From Squalus acanthias (lineage: Eukaryota), in contig CM059432.1 in the NCBI GenBank assembly GCA_030390025.1, forward strand, positions 85,252,001 through 85,316,000: DNA of 64,000 bases, written 5' to 3'. How positions within the stretch are numbered: the first letter of the stretch is position 1; each line of letters begins with the position of its first letter. Below are positions 62,879 through 64,000 of the stretch, one piece after another. Both the position numbers and the translations under genes were made by a program. The notes beneath the pieces were generated by a model. The model was not told the origin of the DNA, ran no database searches, and was given only the letters and a program-made list of their open reading frames with translations.

Positions 62879-64000
62879 GGGCCGCGATTTCCCCTACCTT
62901 GGCAGGTCCGTGGCGGGCGATGTCGGTGGCGGGTCCCGACTCCAATGCTGGCTCCATCCCGGCCTCTGAAATGAATTTCCGTTGATTGGGCTTGTTAAGC
63001 CCGCCCAGTGAGTTTCCCAGCCAAATGAAGGAAGCAGGTCTGATGATGTCATTTGATGACGCGTCATCAGCCGGTTTCCTTAAAGGGGCCATGCACAAAT
63101 TTATTATGACATGTGTGCTGTCAGTGTTCTACAGCATTGAGGTGCTACAAACACTGACAAGCACTGCACAAAGGTGCATGGCTGCACCCAGGCTCTCCCA
63201 TGACTATGGAGGGAGTCACAGCACGCAGGGAGGTTCTCTTCCCTTCCAATGGGTGGAAGAGACCTCCCCAAGAGACCAACGCAGCCTGGTTGCACATTGC
63301 ACAGGAGGACACAAGCAGGGATGTCGTCAGGAGGACCAGGCTGCAGTGGCGCAAACTTTTCAATGATCTCAGTAGATCATGAAAGGTTAATGCAAAGCCA
63401 CACTCAACCTCATCCTGCTGTGCCACTCATCACATCCCCATCACTCTGCCTTCCCTACCCTACTCCTGCACATCTTTACTCACACCAACGTACCTTGCAC
63501 CTCCACCCATCCCTCTCTATCTACATTATCACTTCCCCATCTCACTAGCCACCTCTCACACTCACTCTCATCCTAGTGCAATCATACCAACTAACAAGAC
63601 ACAAGGGTATGCATTTGTGTGTTTTAGCCAATGTTCATGTGAAGTTTCTGTTAATGTGCTGTCAAACATTGAACTCTTTATTTTCAACGCTTTGCGTTCT
63701 TGGACAGATTGCTGTGCACCTTTGGAAGTGGTTTAGTGAGTTGCAGTGAATGGTGAGACATAACGGTACCCCCCACAATGGTGATGAGTTTAAAAGGAAT
63801 AGCTTGGGCATTGTAGGGATGCTTTATGATGTTGGTGTGGGGTGGTGTCAACCTGGCACATCATGTGGCAGCCGGTGTGTACAGTGTCAAGTGAAGTAAA
63901 TCTGGCCATGGTGAGGCCATCCCTGGTGTCCCGGGCAACAATGTGGTCGGGTGCTGATGCCCTGTGTCCTGTGCAGCATCAGTTGATTGCGAAGAAGGTT
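62879..64000 (+). mobile_element. Non-autonomous Harbinger family C, copy 2 (runs off the window)
   Basis: Left end gggccgcgatttcc. Myb/SANT reads MEGVTARREVLFP..AAWLHIAQE..LQWRKLFNDL. Collinear with about 13556-14660. Confidence 0.85.

Noticed and set aside
1..64000. Prokaryotic-type systems (CRISPR arrays, operons, retrons, defence islands)
   Set aside because: There are no repeat-spacer arrays or gene-dense ORF clusters. The RT ORFs belong to eukaryotic CR1, L2 and Penelope elements.

Overview
This is eukaryotic, repeat-dense DNA, most likely from a cartilaginous fish (shark). That assignment is inferred from the HER1-type CR1 LINEs, a SacSINE1-like DeuSINE and Penelope-like elements. By my rough sum about three quarters of the 64 kb is transposon-derived: CR1 and L2 LINEs, a second CR1-group LINE, DeuSINEs, Penelope-like (GIY-YIG) elements, PIF/Harbinger-type DNA transposons (DDE transposase plus Myb/SANT gene) with their MITEs, and one 1.15-kb solo LTR. 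I cannot support any host protein-coding gene, rRNA, true tRNA or CRISPR array. The longer ORFs are TE fragments or their antisense frames. The most notable observations are: (i) a hammerhead ribozyme with an intact core in a Penelope pLTR, plus decayed copies; (ii) MITE-internal hairpins with compensatory base-pair changes between copies, next to an NRF1-like motif and repeated splice donors; (iii) three independent Harbinger families that lost the transposase core but kept the Myb/SANT first exon; (iv) four-level nested insertions resolvable by TSDs; (v) two locally templated insertions of about 30 bp; (vi) a SINE flanked by a 68-bp duplication; (vii) a long solo LTR. I found no clearly new multi-gene system. 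All family names come from recognising motifs by eye, not from database searches.
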